DNA of 64,000 nucleotides from Octopus sinensis (taxonomy: Eukaryota), in assembly GCF_006345805.1 (NCBI RefSeq), contig NC_043004.1:17546001-17610000 (forward strand). The letters run 5' to 3'. The stretch's first letter is position 1. Each line of letters starts with the position of its first letter. The notes beneath the pieces were generated by a model. That model was not told where the DNA came from, ran no database searches, and saw only the letters and a program-made list of their open reading frames with translations. Below are positions 25,158-36,181 of the stretch, one piece after another. Both the position numbers and the translations under genes were made by a program.

Positions 25158-25800
25158 TTCATCTATAGCCTTGGTTACATCGTCTTCCTTTATATCGATG
25201 TAATCTATCGTCGCCGCCTCTGATTTTATATCTGCAGTGGTAAAAAAGTCAGTTGGATTGGTGATTTGGAGATGCCCAAGGGGTGGAGTGAAAACACTCT
25301 TGATTGCTCATTCAGTATTTCACTTACCCTCATTGGTTTTCCTGTAAGTGTGCCATCCTTTTCAAGGAGTGGCCCTATTCTACAGTGCACTGTAGCTGTT
25401 TCTTTGGCATACCTGTAGAAAGCTGGGGTTAGATTTTATGTTTTCTATAGCCCAGGCTTCTTTTGCTCTTCTTTTTCATGGGAGAGTTGCAGACATTTTT
25501 CGATTTCCAACAGTTTTATTTTTAGGCGGGACTTTCACTGCTTTCAATCTGTTTGTTTAGGCGATTTGAAAATTTCGTACGCCGTCTCATTAAAATTTCC
25601 TCTCTCTGGGGATTTTGTTCTTGTGTACAGTGGCCTTTCTCTCTGGGACACATTTGTAGCATATGGCTTGCATTACAGACATGAATTGTTGAAGTTTCAC
25701 GTCGATGTCTGGCGAGGAGAGACATTTAGGCGAGTTTTGTTTGAGGATCTCTTTCTCAATTTGTTTCCAGTTTGCCTTATGGTAGTTCAAGCTGGAAAGA

Positions 25801-26379
25801 TTATGAGGGTTTCTTGTAGGCTGCATGTCCGTGCTCTCTTTTGGCCCGTACTCTTTTGGTCAGCTCTATCATGTTGTGATCCGAGAGTAGTGTCGGTGTC
25901 ACTTTCACATCATGGATGAGATCCATGTCATTTGTGTTACCTGCCCTGGTTGGTTGGAGTATTACCTGCTCCATGTACAGGGTGTTGATGAGGTTCAGGA
26001 GGGACCTCGCCTGTCCTCGTTCACATCTTGTCATTCCTGGGAGAGAAAGGCCCTCGGGCCATCTGACACTGGGCAGATTGAAGTCTCCCATAAGAAGCAC
26101 ACCTATGTGTTGTTCTAATGTGGTTAGAATTTCTTCTATTTTTATAAGGCAGTCTTCAAACTTGCCCACATGGCTTGGGGCATCTGGAGGGCGATATGTA
26201 GCACACACAACTACATCAAGTTGCCTAATATGTACAATTAGTGTGTCACACACCGAGTTTGAGTATGACAAGAGGACCTGGGGTGTGAGGTCCTCACGGA
26301 TGTACATAGCAACACCTCCATGACTCCTTTCTTTCCTGTCGGTCCGTAGTACAGCATACTGTGGTATGTGTAACTCCAC
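25801..26379 (-). CDS. Apurinic-endonuclease domain fragment of the CR1-like LINE
   Basis: ORF track: YRPPD, GDFNLP, QPTRAGN. Confidence 0.85.
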   Translation of the reverse strand: MELHIPQYAVLRTDRKERSHGGVAMYIREDLTPQVLLSYSNSVCDTLIVHIRQLDVVVCATYRPPDAPSHVGKFEDCLIKIEEILTTLEQHIGVLLMGDFNLPSVRWPEGLSLPGMTRCERGQARSLLNLINTLYMEQVILQPTRAGNTNDMDLIHDVKVTPTLLSDHNMIELTKRVRAKREHGHAAYKKPS

Positions 26380-26626
26380 ATCTGCTATGTCCGGTTTCAG
26401 GTGCGTTTCTGTAAGTGCTATGCATAAGGCTTGATTGCATGCAACAAAGTCTCTCAGGAACGGGATCTTTGTCCTGTTATATATATTATATATATATATA
26501 TATAATAAATATAATATCTATATATATATATAAACATACATACATACATATATATATATATATACATAAACACACCACACATATATATATTATATATATA
26601 TATATATACACATAAATATATATATT

Positions 26627-26683
<57 letters not shown>

Positions 26684-27569
26684 ATATTATATATATATAT
26701 ATAATATGCATATAACTAGCGTGCTAGATAAACATATAAAGGGAATATTTATAGGAAATGAAAAGGAGCTAAAGAGCTATAGAAACCAGGAACTTGGAAA
26801 AGAAAGAGAAGCATAAGAATAAAGAAAAGAAACGAAAGATGTTAATGAAAGAAGGAAACTAAAAAGGAGTTTTTGAAAGAAGAAATAGAAGACAAATAAA
26901 AATAGAAAATAATAAATGAGAGAAAAGTAAATGAAGCTTCTATAGAAGTTAACTGTAAATTGAATGTTTCTAATCGGATAATATTGATCAATTATAAGAA
27001 GATTATCTGCAAGAAAATTTAGAAGAAGCTCTATGAATAGAAATGGCATGCTGGAGGGACATTTAGACATTGTGTCATCTCTATTCGTATACACTGTTTA
27101 GTGTATGGTTTGTGTTTTCAAAATGTAGCTAGATTGCTGGTTGCTGCTTGTTGTTCCCCTATGAGTTCGGATAGAGAAGAATCTTCCAAATTGGGCTTTG
27201 ATACATGCTATAATTAGGATTGTCGGGCAGTCTAAAAGATTCCATTAGTATATTTTTTTGTATATATGTATGTATGTCTCTTCTATCCTTTAATTATTAT
27301 ATATCTTCTACTGAGGAGGGAGCCAATTTCCAACAAAGAAACACGGCTCCATTTTTGTGATGTAGTTAACAAAGACAAATTCACTTTTGGAACTTGAGAA
27401 AAGTCTTGCATATTTTTACTGTTCCATTCACTGATTGCACTTGTAAAGTACTAATTAGCCAGTCAATTTCCCTTTCTATTACAAAATAGAAAATCCCAGT
27501 TTATCAAAATTCATCTTTAAGCATTTACTAACAAAACCTAGAGCTCCAATTATTATTGGTATGAATATG

Positions 27570-27944
27570 GAGGTGTAATGGTTCAGTTGTTAAGGCAGCG
27601 GACTCGCGGTCGTGAGATCGCGGTTTCGATTCGCAGACCGAGCGTTGTCAGTGTTTATTGAGCGAAAACACCTAAAGCTCCACGAAGCTCCAGCAGGGGC
27701 TGGTGGCGAACTCTGCTGTACTTTTTCACCACAACTTTCTCTCACTCTTTTCTCCTGTTTCTCTTATACCTGTATTTCAAAGAGCCAGCCTCGTCACACT
27801 CTGTGTCACGCTGAATCTCCCCGAGAACTACGTTAATAGTACACATATCTGTGGAGTGCTCAGCTACTTGCACGTTAATTTCACGAGCAGGCTGTTGATC
27901 GGATCAACTGGAATCCTCGTCGTCGTAACCGACGGAGTGCCACG
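27570..27944 (+). mobile_element. SINE family 3, full length with 15-bp target-site duplication
   Basis: attggtatgaatatg at 27555-27569 and 27945-27959. Confidence 0.93.
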
Positions 27945-28442
27945 ATTGGTATGAATATGAATTCTTAGTCTGGATATAGAAGCTGGAGGTTTCGAAGCAG
28001 TTGTCCACAAATATCCTCTTTTTCTTTGATTTTCAAAGAGATATTTATATCTGCAGGGCAGCTGACCTCTATGACGGTACATACCTTTGCTCCTCTGTCC
28101 CAAACAACAATATCCGGCCTGTTATGTTTACATTTGACAGAAGTTTTGATGGAAATATCTCACCAGTATTCCTTGAGTTAAGGGATTTTCTAAGTTTATT
28201 TTAGGACGGTATTTTTCGCGGAGGCATTGTAAATTGTTTTAGCGACAACATCGTGCCGCATAGGGAGGTAGTAACGTGAGAACATTTTAGGACAACGGCT
28301 AATCACATGCATGATGTCTTCCATAGAAACATAACATAGCCTACACATGCGGTTGCACCTTGGGATTACAAGAGTATCACCGTCTTACTTGTTCTCTCTT
28401 GTGGCAATCTCCTGTTCCTGGATATGTGTGTGTGTGTGTGTG

Positions 28443-28476
<34 letters not shown>

Positions 28477-28498
28477 TGTATGTATGTATGTATGTATG

Positions 28499-28544
<46 letters not shown>

Positions 28545-28591
28545 ACACATACATACATGCATACATACTCAAATAATTCTCAACGTGTGAT

Positions 28592-28700
28592 AATGCTTAT
28601 ACAATAGCATGAACAGGATAAATTATCCATATATTGCAGAAAACATCATTACCCGCAATATATGGCTAGTTTATCCTGTTCATGCTATTGTATTAGTATT
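28592..28700. other. Long fold-back (about 46-bp arms, 17-nt loop)
   Basis: atacaatagcatgaacaggataaattatccatatattgc versus its reverse complement at 28655-28693, 37 of 39 match. Confidence 0.9.
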
Positions 28701-28786
28701 TTCATGCGTTTGAGAATAAATTATTTCTGTATCTTTCAATACATCTCGACGCTTCTAAAGCAAACTTTGTTTACTTTCATCGTAAG

Positions 28787-28866
<80 letters not shown>

Positions 28867-28904
28867 TATATACACATACATACACACACACATACACACA
28901 TATA

Positions 28905-29165
28905 TTATAGGCGCCTTGCAACTACGTGGTTTTGGGTTCAGCTGCACTGCACGGCACCGCGGGCCATTTTCTTCTACTACAGCACCGGACCGGCCAATGC
29001 TTTGTGAGTGAATCGGGGTGACGGAAACTGTGGGGAAGCCCGCTGTATATATGTATGTATATATTTGTTTGTGTATGTTTATGTTTGTCCCCAAAACACT
29101 TCTTAATATCTAGTGTTGGCTTGTTTATGTCCTCGTTAATTAGTTGCAAGGCAAGCGACCAACAG
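28905..29165 (+). mobile_element. SINE family 2, 5' part
   Basis: ggttttgggttcagctgcactgc..cggccaatgctttgtgagtg..gacggaaactg. Confidence 0.75.
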
Positions 29166-30454
29166 AATAAGGACCAAACATAAAAAACAATATTAAGTAG
29201 CACATGTGACATATAACGCCTACGACGGCGATAAACGTCCTGAGAAATCATCACGTGTAGACAGCAAATGCTAAAAAGTAAAGATAATATCGGTTGCTGA
29301 TATTTCATCAGCATCGTTCTAGGCGTTATAAACAACACATGCAAGTTCGTTTCTGTATTTGGTTTGCAAGAGTCTTGATGTGAATGCGTGCGTTGAAACA
29401 AATATTCTTGTGTCCCAGGAGGTTCATTATGCCAACAATAATAAACATACGCACTGGTCCAATATCACTTCTTTATTGTTAGTCAATCGTTAAATATCTA
29501 ACCAGCTAACTAATCGAGTGTTTATATAATGTGTTGGTTAAATAATCCTCTTTCTTCAAGGTATGAATTGAGTCCTCTTCTTAGTCCCCACTCTTCAACA
29601 CATCCAAGTTAGTTTGGATGTGCTAATTAATATTCGGTACTAATACTGTTTTTCTTGCTAATGGCTAATTTATATACAAACCTTCCCGCTTTTCGCGGCA
29701 TCACTTGCTGTTTGACCGGTGAAAAACTATATGGGTTTGTCCGATTTTCTGTCTGGTATGCGGTCTTTGGCCGCCTGCTGTTGATGGTCTAAAATGCCGA
29801 GAAATCACGTGATAAAACAGTTTCATCCGCCGGTGCTGGCGAAATATCGTCAACCGTTATTATCTGTAATTTTTAGCATTTGCCGTTTATACTTTCTCGT
29901 GACGTTTACCGCAGTCCTAGGCATTATAACAACACAACCGTTTGCTCATTTCAGTTAACTAATATTCGTAACAGAGGTTGAGGCTGCCACTAATAGCTAG
30001 TTTAACAAAAAAGTACTGGGTCGCCTTGTTCGACGAATCCCTTCAAGGTAGTACTCCAGCTTAGCCAGTGATTGAAGATTAAAAAAAACAGGAAATAAAA
30101 GATATCTGGAATGATGTGATGTGTGCGGATCGACGATGGAATGAAAGTATGAATGTTTACGATGCCAAAATACTTGATACTGATGAGGACACTTAGTCAA
30201 AGAAGCATAGAAAGTCCTAACGATTCAGAAAGCTTACAGATAGTGAAAACACAAAATTAGATAACGATTTTTACTAGGATTAAAGAAAACGTGTACGTGG
30301 TGTCTAAAACAGAAGTTGGACTGGTTTATATGGTATAAATGGTACAAAGACATAGGTAAAAGACTAAGGTATGATGAATTTTATGACAACACTTAAATGG
30401 ATTTTTAGTGTTAAAATAACAGGATTTGTAAGGGTGGACATATCTTCTTTTATC

Positions 30455-30772
30455 TTTTTTTTTTTTGCTTGTTTCAGTCATTGAACAACATCCACACAAG
30501 CGTATCGCCTTGAAGATGTTTAGTTGAGTAAATCGTAAATGGATTTCGGTACTTATTTTCCGTTTTAAGTCTGATTCTTATTATGCCAGGGGTCTCTTTT
30601 GTCGAACCGGTTGTTGTGGGAACAAACGCAAATACATACACATACAACGAGTTTCCAGGCAACCACTCACAAGGATGTAGTCGAAGACATTTGCTCAAGG
30701 TACTGCGTAATGAGCCTGAACCCAAAACCACATGGTTGCAAAGCGAGCTTCTTAACAACATAGCTGTGCTCA
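30455..30772 (-). mobile_element. SINE family 2
   Basis: ttgtttcagtcatt tail; ctgaacccaaaaccacatggttg head. Confidence 0.75.
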
Positions 30773-31609
30773 TGTGTAATGTTTCATGAGGAATTGAATC
30801 CAAATACTTAGGCTATATGACTATATTGTGACAATAATGCGAAAACACAGTCTCCGTAAAAGCAGAACGTGTGTGTATTGAAAAGCATTGTATATAGGCG
30901 AAAGTATTCTGCTAGTATTAAGCGCGTGTGTTTCGGGATTTAAGTACGTTGACGTCATGAGAAACTTGTTAATAGATAGGACGTTGTTTTTGTGATAAGG
31001 CAACACGTATAGAACGATGGGAGACGTGTTTGATAAATATTGAACTTACTAAAATTCAGGCAAATTAGGTGAGAGATAAGTTGTCTGTATTTATCGATGC
31101 CTTTAATGACCTTTGCTCATTCCTTGCAGATTTGTTCTGTTCTGTCATTATTGATCTGCATCATGTTTGAAAAGTTGACTGAGCGCATTCGCAGTCTTAG
31201 CTGATATCTCTTTACATAGACGATGTTATCAAACTAAAATAAAATGAGGCGATACACAGACATCAGACTGAAGACTAGGACATGACTTTAAGAAGTAGGA
31301 ATTTCATTCAAACATAACCGATTTACGTTTCGATTTTCCGAATTCGGAATGGAATTCTAAAACTTGAGAATGTGAATGACTGAGATTCGGTTAAATGTTT
31401 CTGAATTTGCTTTAATCTGAACCACCAGGTAAAGAACAGACAACAACAAAAACCTACTCTAGATAAAGATAAAAGATTACAGAGAAGTCTACTCTGTACT
31501 GTGGGATTAGGGTTACGGCTAGGGTAGGATTAGGAATATCCCTTAACATTTTATTTCTCATGTGTAAATAACCGATCAAATATTGTGCTAAGTAGTAATC
31601 TACTTAGGA

Positions 31610-31995
31610 GCAGGCGTGGCAGTGTAGTATGAAGTTCTCTCCCCAACCACATGACTCCAGGTTCAGTCCCATTGTGTGGTACCTTGGGCAAGTAACTTCT
31701 ATAGTCTCGGGCCGACACAAAACTTTGTGAGTGGATTTGATAGACGGAAACTGAAAGAAGCCCGTCGAATATGTATATACCTACGCGTGACTTTGTGTCT
31801 GTGTTTGCCCCACCACCGCTTGACATCCAGTGTTAGTGTGTTTGGGTCACTGTAATTTAGTGGTTCGGCAAAAATAAACCGATAGAATAAATACTAGGCT
31901 TAAACAAAATACTGGGGTGGATTCATTCGGTTAAAATTTCTAAAGGTGGTGCCCAAGCATGGTCGCACTCTAATGGTTGAAACTTGGTAAAAGAC
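31610..31995 (+). mobile_element. SINE family 2, full length
   Basis: ggcgtggcagtgtag..ggttcagtccc head; ggtggtgcccaagcatggtcgc tail. Confidence 0.85.
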
Positions 31996-32579
31996 AAGCT
32001 ATAAAGAATACAAGCTAGTAGCATCATTTATTGTTCTTTGTACGACCGGCCCAACTGGAACATTTGACCTTCTGATTGATCTATCGAGTGTTTTGTGCAC
32101 CAGTAATTGATAAAGATGAGACAGATTTCTGTTTTGTGTTCAATGCAGCCGCAGTAGGAGGAGCAGCAGCAGCAGCAGCAGCAACAGTTTCTAACAATAC
32201 TTTCACAGAACTATCTTGCGTCAAAATGAATATATTTTTATATACGTTAATCGATAAATACTTAGGAAATATTACATACACACACACACACACACACACG
32301 TATGTATGTATATGTATATATGTTTGTGTATGTATATGTACATGAATCTGTATATATGTACGTATATATATATATATATATATATATACGTACATATATA
32401 TATATATATATAAGAGATAATGGTATCATTGAAACCCAAAGGTGTCAGGTAATGTTGAATAAGTGCTATAGACAGGCCATAGTTAAATTCCAGATTCGGT
32501 AATATTGTGAATAAAGGGTTCAACGTTGCTTCTATGTCGGCGTGTGTATATATGAATTTTTTGCGTAATGAGATAAAAA

Positions 32580-32674
32580 AAAACCAAGGCTGTATAGATA
32601 TTAGAGCATTTATAGATAGGTCATACAGCTAAATCTATCTATAAATGCTCTAAAATCTATACAGCCTTGGTTTT
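32580..32674. other. Long fold-back (41-bp arms, 13-nt loop)
   Basis: aaaaccaaggctgtatagatattagagcatttatagatagg versus reverse complement at 32634-32674, 39 of 41 match. Confidence 0.92.
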
Positions 32675-33571
32675 ATAAATATATATATATATTTATATAT
32701 ACATAAATAATAGATATTAGGAAAGCAAATATTTCCTTTCATACATACATGCATACATATACACGCACACTTACACACACACGCACACACACACACATGT
32801 GTATATGTGCACAGACACATCTGCCTTCCCCACCGCTATATATATATATATATATATATGTTCCCTTGCAGGAAATAATAATTATTGTTGTTGTAGTTGC
32901 TGTCTCCTTTATCAACACAGTGTCTCCTGTATCACTAGATTTACGTCTCTGTGTCTCAGACAGACAAAATATTGTTTTGTTTTGTTTCAGTGTGCATAAG
33001 TATTCAAGTTAGTAACTTATATTAGCTTTTGTAGTCTGTGTACGTGTATGATTGTTTTTTTGAAATTCAGTAGAATAGATTTTCCCTTTAGTCACAAAGA
33101 ATCAGTTGCTGATAGAATTTGAAGATAGTTCAAATTTATTTTTTCTGTAATATTTCCTCCTCTTTTAGCTACAACAATGGACGATCAGCACATTTTAAAT
33201 AATCACTTGTTAGCAGCACAATCTGTGGTAATATGTGAAAATGTTAATTGTTAGTTGTCAGAGTACACCTTGGCTGATGATGCTTATTAAAATAGTGATG
33301 ATAAGATGAAGAAAAGATTAACTACGACGACATCAATGAGAATTTTGACTATAATTAGGATTAAGATTTAACTAATGACACTAATTAAGACAATGATTGC
33401 AGAATGAAGATAATAAACATAAACAAAGAACGATGTTGCACTAAACACTCGTTGTCAACGATCGAGAATCTATTTCTTAAAATTGCCGAAAGATAATGAA
33501 ATAGACACGAAAGCAAAATCTGTACCATACACCTCTCTCTTTCTTTTTAAAAATTTTTTCTGTTCTGTATG

Positions 33572-33625
<54 letters not shown>

Positions 33626-33634
33626 ATATATTAT

Positions 33635-33686
<52 letters not shown>

Positions 33687-33860
33687 AATATATAAATATA
33701 TATATATATAGATAGATAGATATACACACGCACAGACAGTCACACACATATATACATACACGCTTATACGCTTATACATATATATATATACGCACACACA
33801 CACACACACACGCACAAATACACACACACAAACACACACACATATATATGAGAGGTGAAT

Positions 33861-34157
33861 ATATTTATTTAACCACTCGTCATTTTGGGGATTATGGCCG
33901 TTTCACAACCTTCATCATGTAATTATAATTTCAGTGTTTACATGTCTGAATTAATATGCATTCTACAGAATTACACAATACAATTGTATATTTACAAATC
34001 AATGCAGATAAAGAAAGAAAGCTCACCAGATCACCAAAACATCGTAATTACGCCAATGCTTAAACTCTAACTATAAATACAAATTTTTATGATTACATGA
34101 TGTAGGTTGTGAAACGGCCGTAATCCTAAATATGGTAAGTAGTTAAATAACTATATT
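33861..34157. mobile_element. About 300-bp element with about 70-bp imperfect terminal inverted repeats (MITE-like)
   Basis: ggattatggccgtttcacaaccttcatcatgtaattataa versus ttatgattacatgatgtaggttgtgaaacggccgtaatcc. Confidence 0.75.
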
Positions 34158-34422
34158 CGTTTTTCATTCCTCTTGTCATTTTATGCTTTATATAGTCTTC
34201 CCGAAATATTCCCATCGATCGGACATCCTAGATTTTTATTGCATAGAACCCTGCGTTATATACCACCGTATGGGATTACCATGCGGTCTGCTAGCCAAGT
34301 CCGCTGGACAGACTTTCAGGGATACATATACATACAAGCAAATATATATATATATATAAATATATATATGTATATATTTGTGTTTGCATATATGTATGCA
34401 TACACACATATACATACATACA

Positions 34423-34453
<31 letters not shown>

Positions 34454-34640
34454 CGTTTGAGTTCGTTCACAGTAAACGCTTTGAGTAGACATATTAAAGT
34501 TCCTATTTTATTATGTCGGCTTTAGCCTAATGATACAAACATGCAATAGCAGTTTTATTGGGTTGAACCGAGCTGTGCTGATAGGATAAATCTAATAATA
34601 ATAATAATACTAGTAGGAGAAGTAGTAGTAGTAGTACTAT

Positions 34641-34687
<47 letters not shown>

Positions 34688-34741
34688 ACAATAATAATAA
34701 TAATAATAATCCATGGATGGAATTTATGAATATTTTAATGC

Positions 34742-34859
34742 ATCGCTACGTACGTTTCTACGAATCACAGTCCGTATTCCTGAGATGATTACATTTCACT
34801 CTGTAGTGTCCGTGAATATCTGGTGGATCATAGTCCATGTGTTAATTTCCTCAGGCGAT
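34742..34859 (-). ncRNA. Type I hammerhead-like motif H6 with about 89-nt insert at helix II
   Basis: AUCGC-CUGAGGA-[89 nt]-GAAA-CGUACG-UA^GCGAU; helix I 5 bp perfect; helix II base not clearly paired. Confidence 0.6.
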
Positions 34860-35399
34860 ATGGCGTTAAAGTTTGAAACAACGAATGCATAACTGAAGGA
34901 TGTTTATCAATTTTCATCAATGGAAAGGTTGATTGTGGTATGCGGGCAGTTGTGTGGGTATTTGGTGGGGAGGAGTAGAGGGTGATGGAATGAAATAAAG
35001 GAATGGTAATGATAAAGGAAAGGGAGGAGTGTGTGGTGATGTTAGATCTGTTTTGATATTTGTGTATGCAGATGTTGGGATGGGTAGTATAATTCATTGG
35101 TTTGACATTAGTCACAGCAGGCGCCTCCTCAATGAATTCAGATGTAGTAGGGTCAAGAAGTAAAGTTATTCTGTTGTCGAAGTACGTTGTCTGAGTTGAC
35201 ACTTTAAGATGTTCTCTGAAAGGGTCCTTTTGATTACTTTTGGTGGTACAATGATATAGCCGAGGAAAATAATGCTTTTTTTCTTTTTGCATAGTTGCTT
35301 TATATGTTCTTCTCACGAAGCAGCAGGCGATGGTAAAAAGAAAGGGACAGATTAACGTAGATAGAAATAGTGAACAGATAATAGAAACAAATAAAGCGA

Positions 35400-36181
35400 A
35401 ATACAATAACAAACCCAATAGATCTATTAAAAGAAATGGTAAAATATATAAGTGATGACATTAATTGGTTTGACCCAATTTTCAATTCACAAGTAAAATC
35501 CAAAACAGGTCAGGAATTTTCCTCAGCATTAGACAGGCACTTTCCTAAATCTTGTAAATATCAGAAAATCATCAACAGGCATAATGTGAAATTATATGCG
35601 ACTTCTCACAATCTAGAATATTACATACACAAGTTAAATAACATAAAACTCAACAGAATAAAATTTGAGGGGGACTTACGTAAAAACCGCAGATCAAAAC
35701 AAAATGAGCTACTATGAAATGGTTGCAAATAGGGACGATAAAGCTCCTTCATAACAAAAATGGGTCCAAACAGCGCCGTACAATTGGCAGTACAATGTAT
35801 ACCCAAGGAAAATGAGAACACTGTTATAGGAGGAAGAATAAAACCTGAGCACCAATAATAACTCCGCTTACAGAACCAGAAAAGATATAATATGCAACTA
35901 CAGACGGAAAAGGGAATGCAAGTTTAACAACTGCATGGTAAAGAATGTGGTTTACAAATGTGAAGTGAAAACGAGCACACAAAAATATGTGTACATTGGT
36001 AGTACTGGAGACACCATCAAAAATCGTCTGCGCAACGATCTTACGTCATTTTCCAATATCAAGAAAAGGCACTACACATCATTATCTAACCTCATCTGGA
36101 GGCTCAAACAGAATGGAGAGGAGTATACAACCAACTGGTTTATTATGTAAAAAAAAAAAACGCTAGACTTACGTAATAGAA
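35400..36181 (+). pseudogene. Penelope-like element linker plus GIY-YIG endonuclease, 5' part
   Basis: INWFDPIFNSQVK..DRHFPK..INRHNVKL; VVYKCEV..YVYIGST..KNRLRND..TSLSNLIWRLK. Confidence 0.8.

Larger units (their letters stand above)
23499..26476 (-). mobile_element. CR1-group LINE, ORF2 nearly complete (APE + RT), truncated at the APE N-terminus, inserted in (TA)n; (ATCA)n tail
   Basis: LTETHLK, RTDRKERSHGGVA, LMGDFNLP (APE); YRPISLTSHISK, QHGFRPGRSC, YLDFAKAFDKVDH, SGVPQGTVLGPLLF, YADD (RT). Confidence 0.95.

Noticed and set aside
27311-27350. CUGAGGA followed by a GGAGCC/GGCUCC stem
   Set aside because: No GAAA after the stem and no helix I or III
30180-30225. CUGAUGA-GGAC..GUC hammerhead-like start
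   Set aside because: Second core and helix I missing
31503-31534. TTAGGG-like repeats (possible interstitial telomere)
   Set aside because: Only about five degenerate units, one exact
33274-33320. CUGAUGA..GAAGAAA
   Set aside because: No convincing helices
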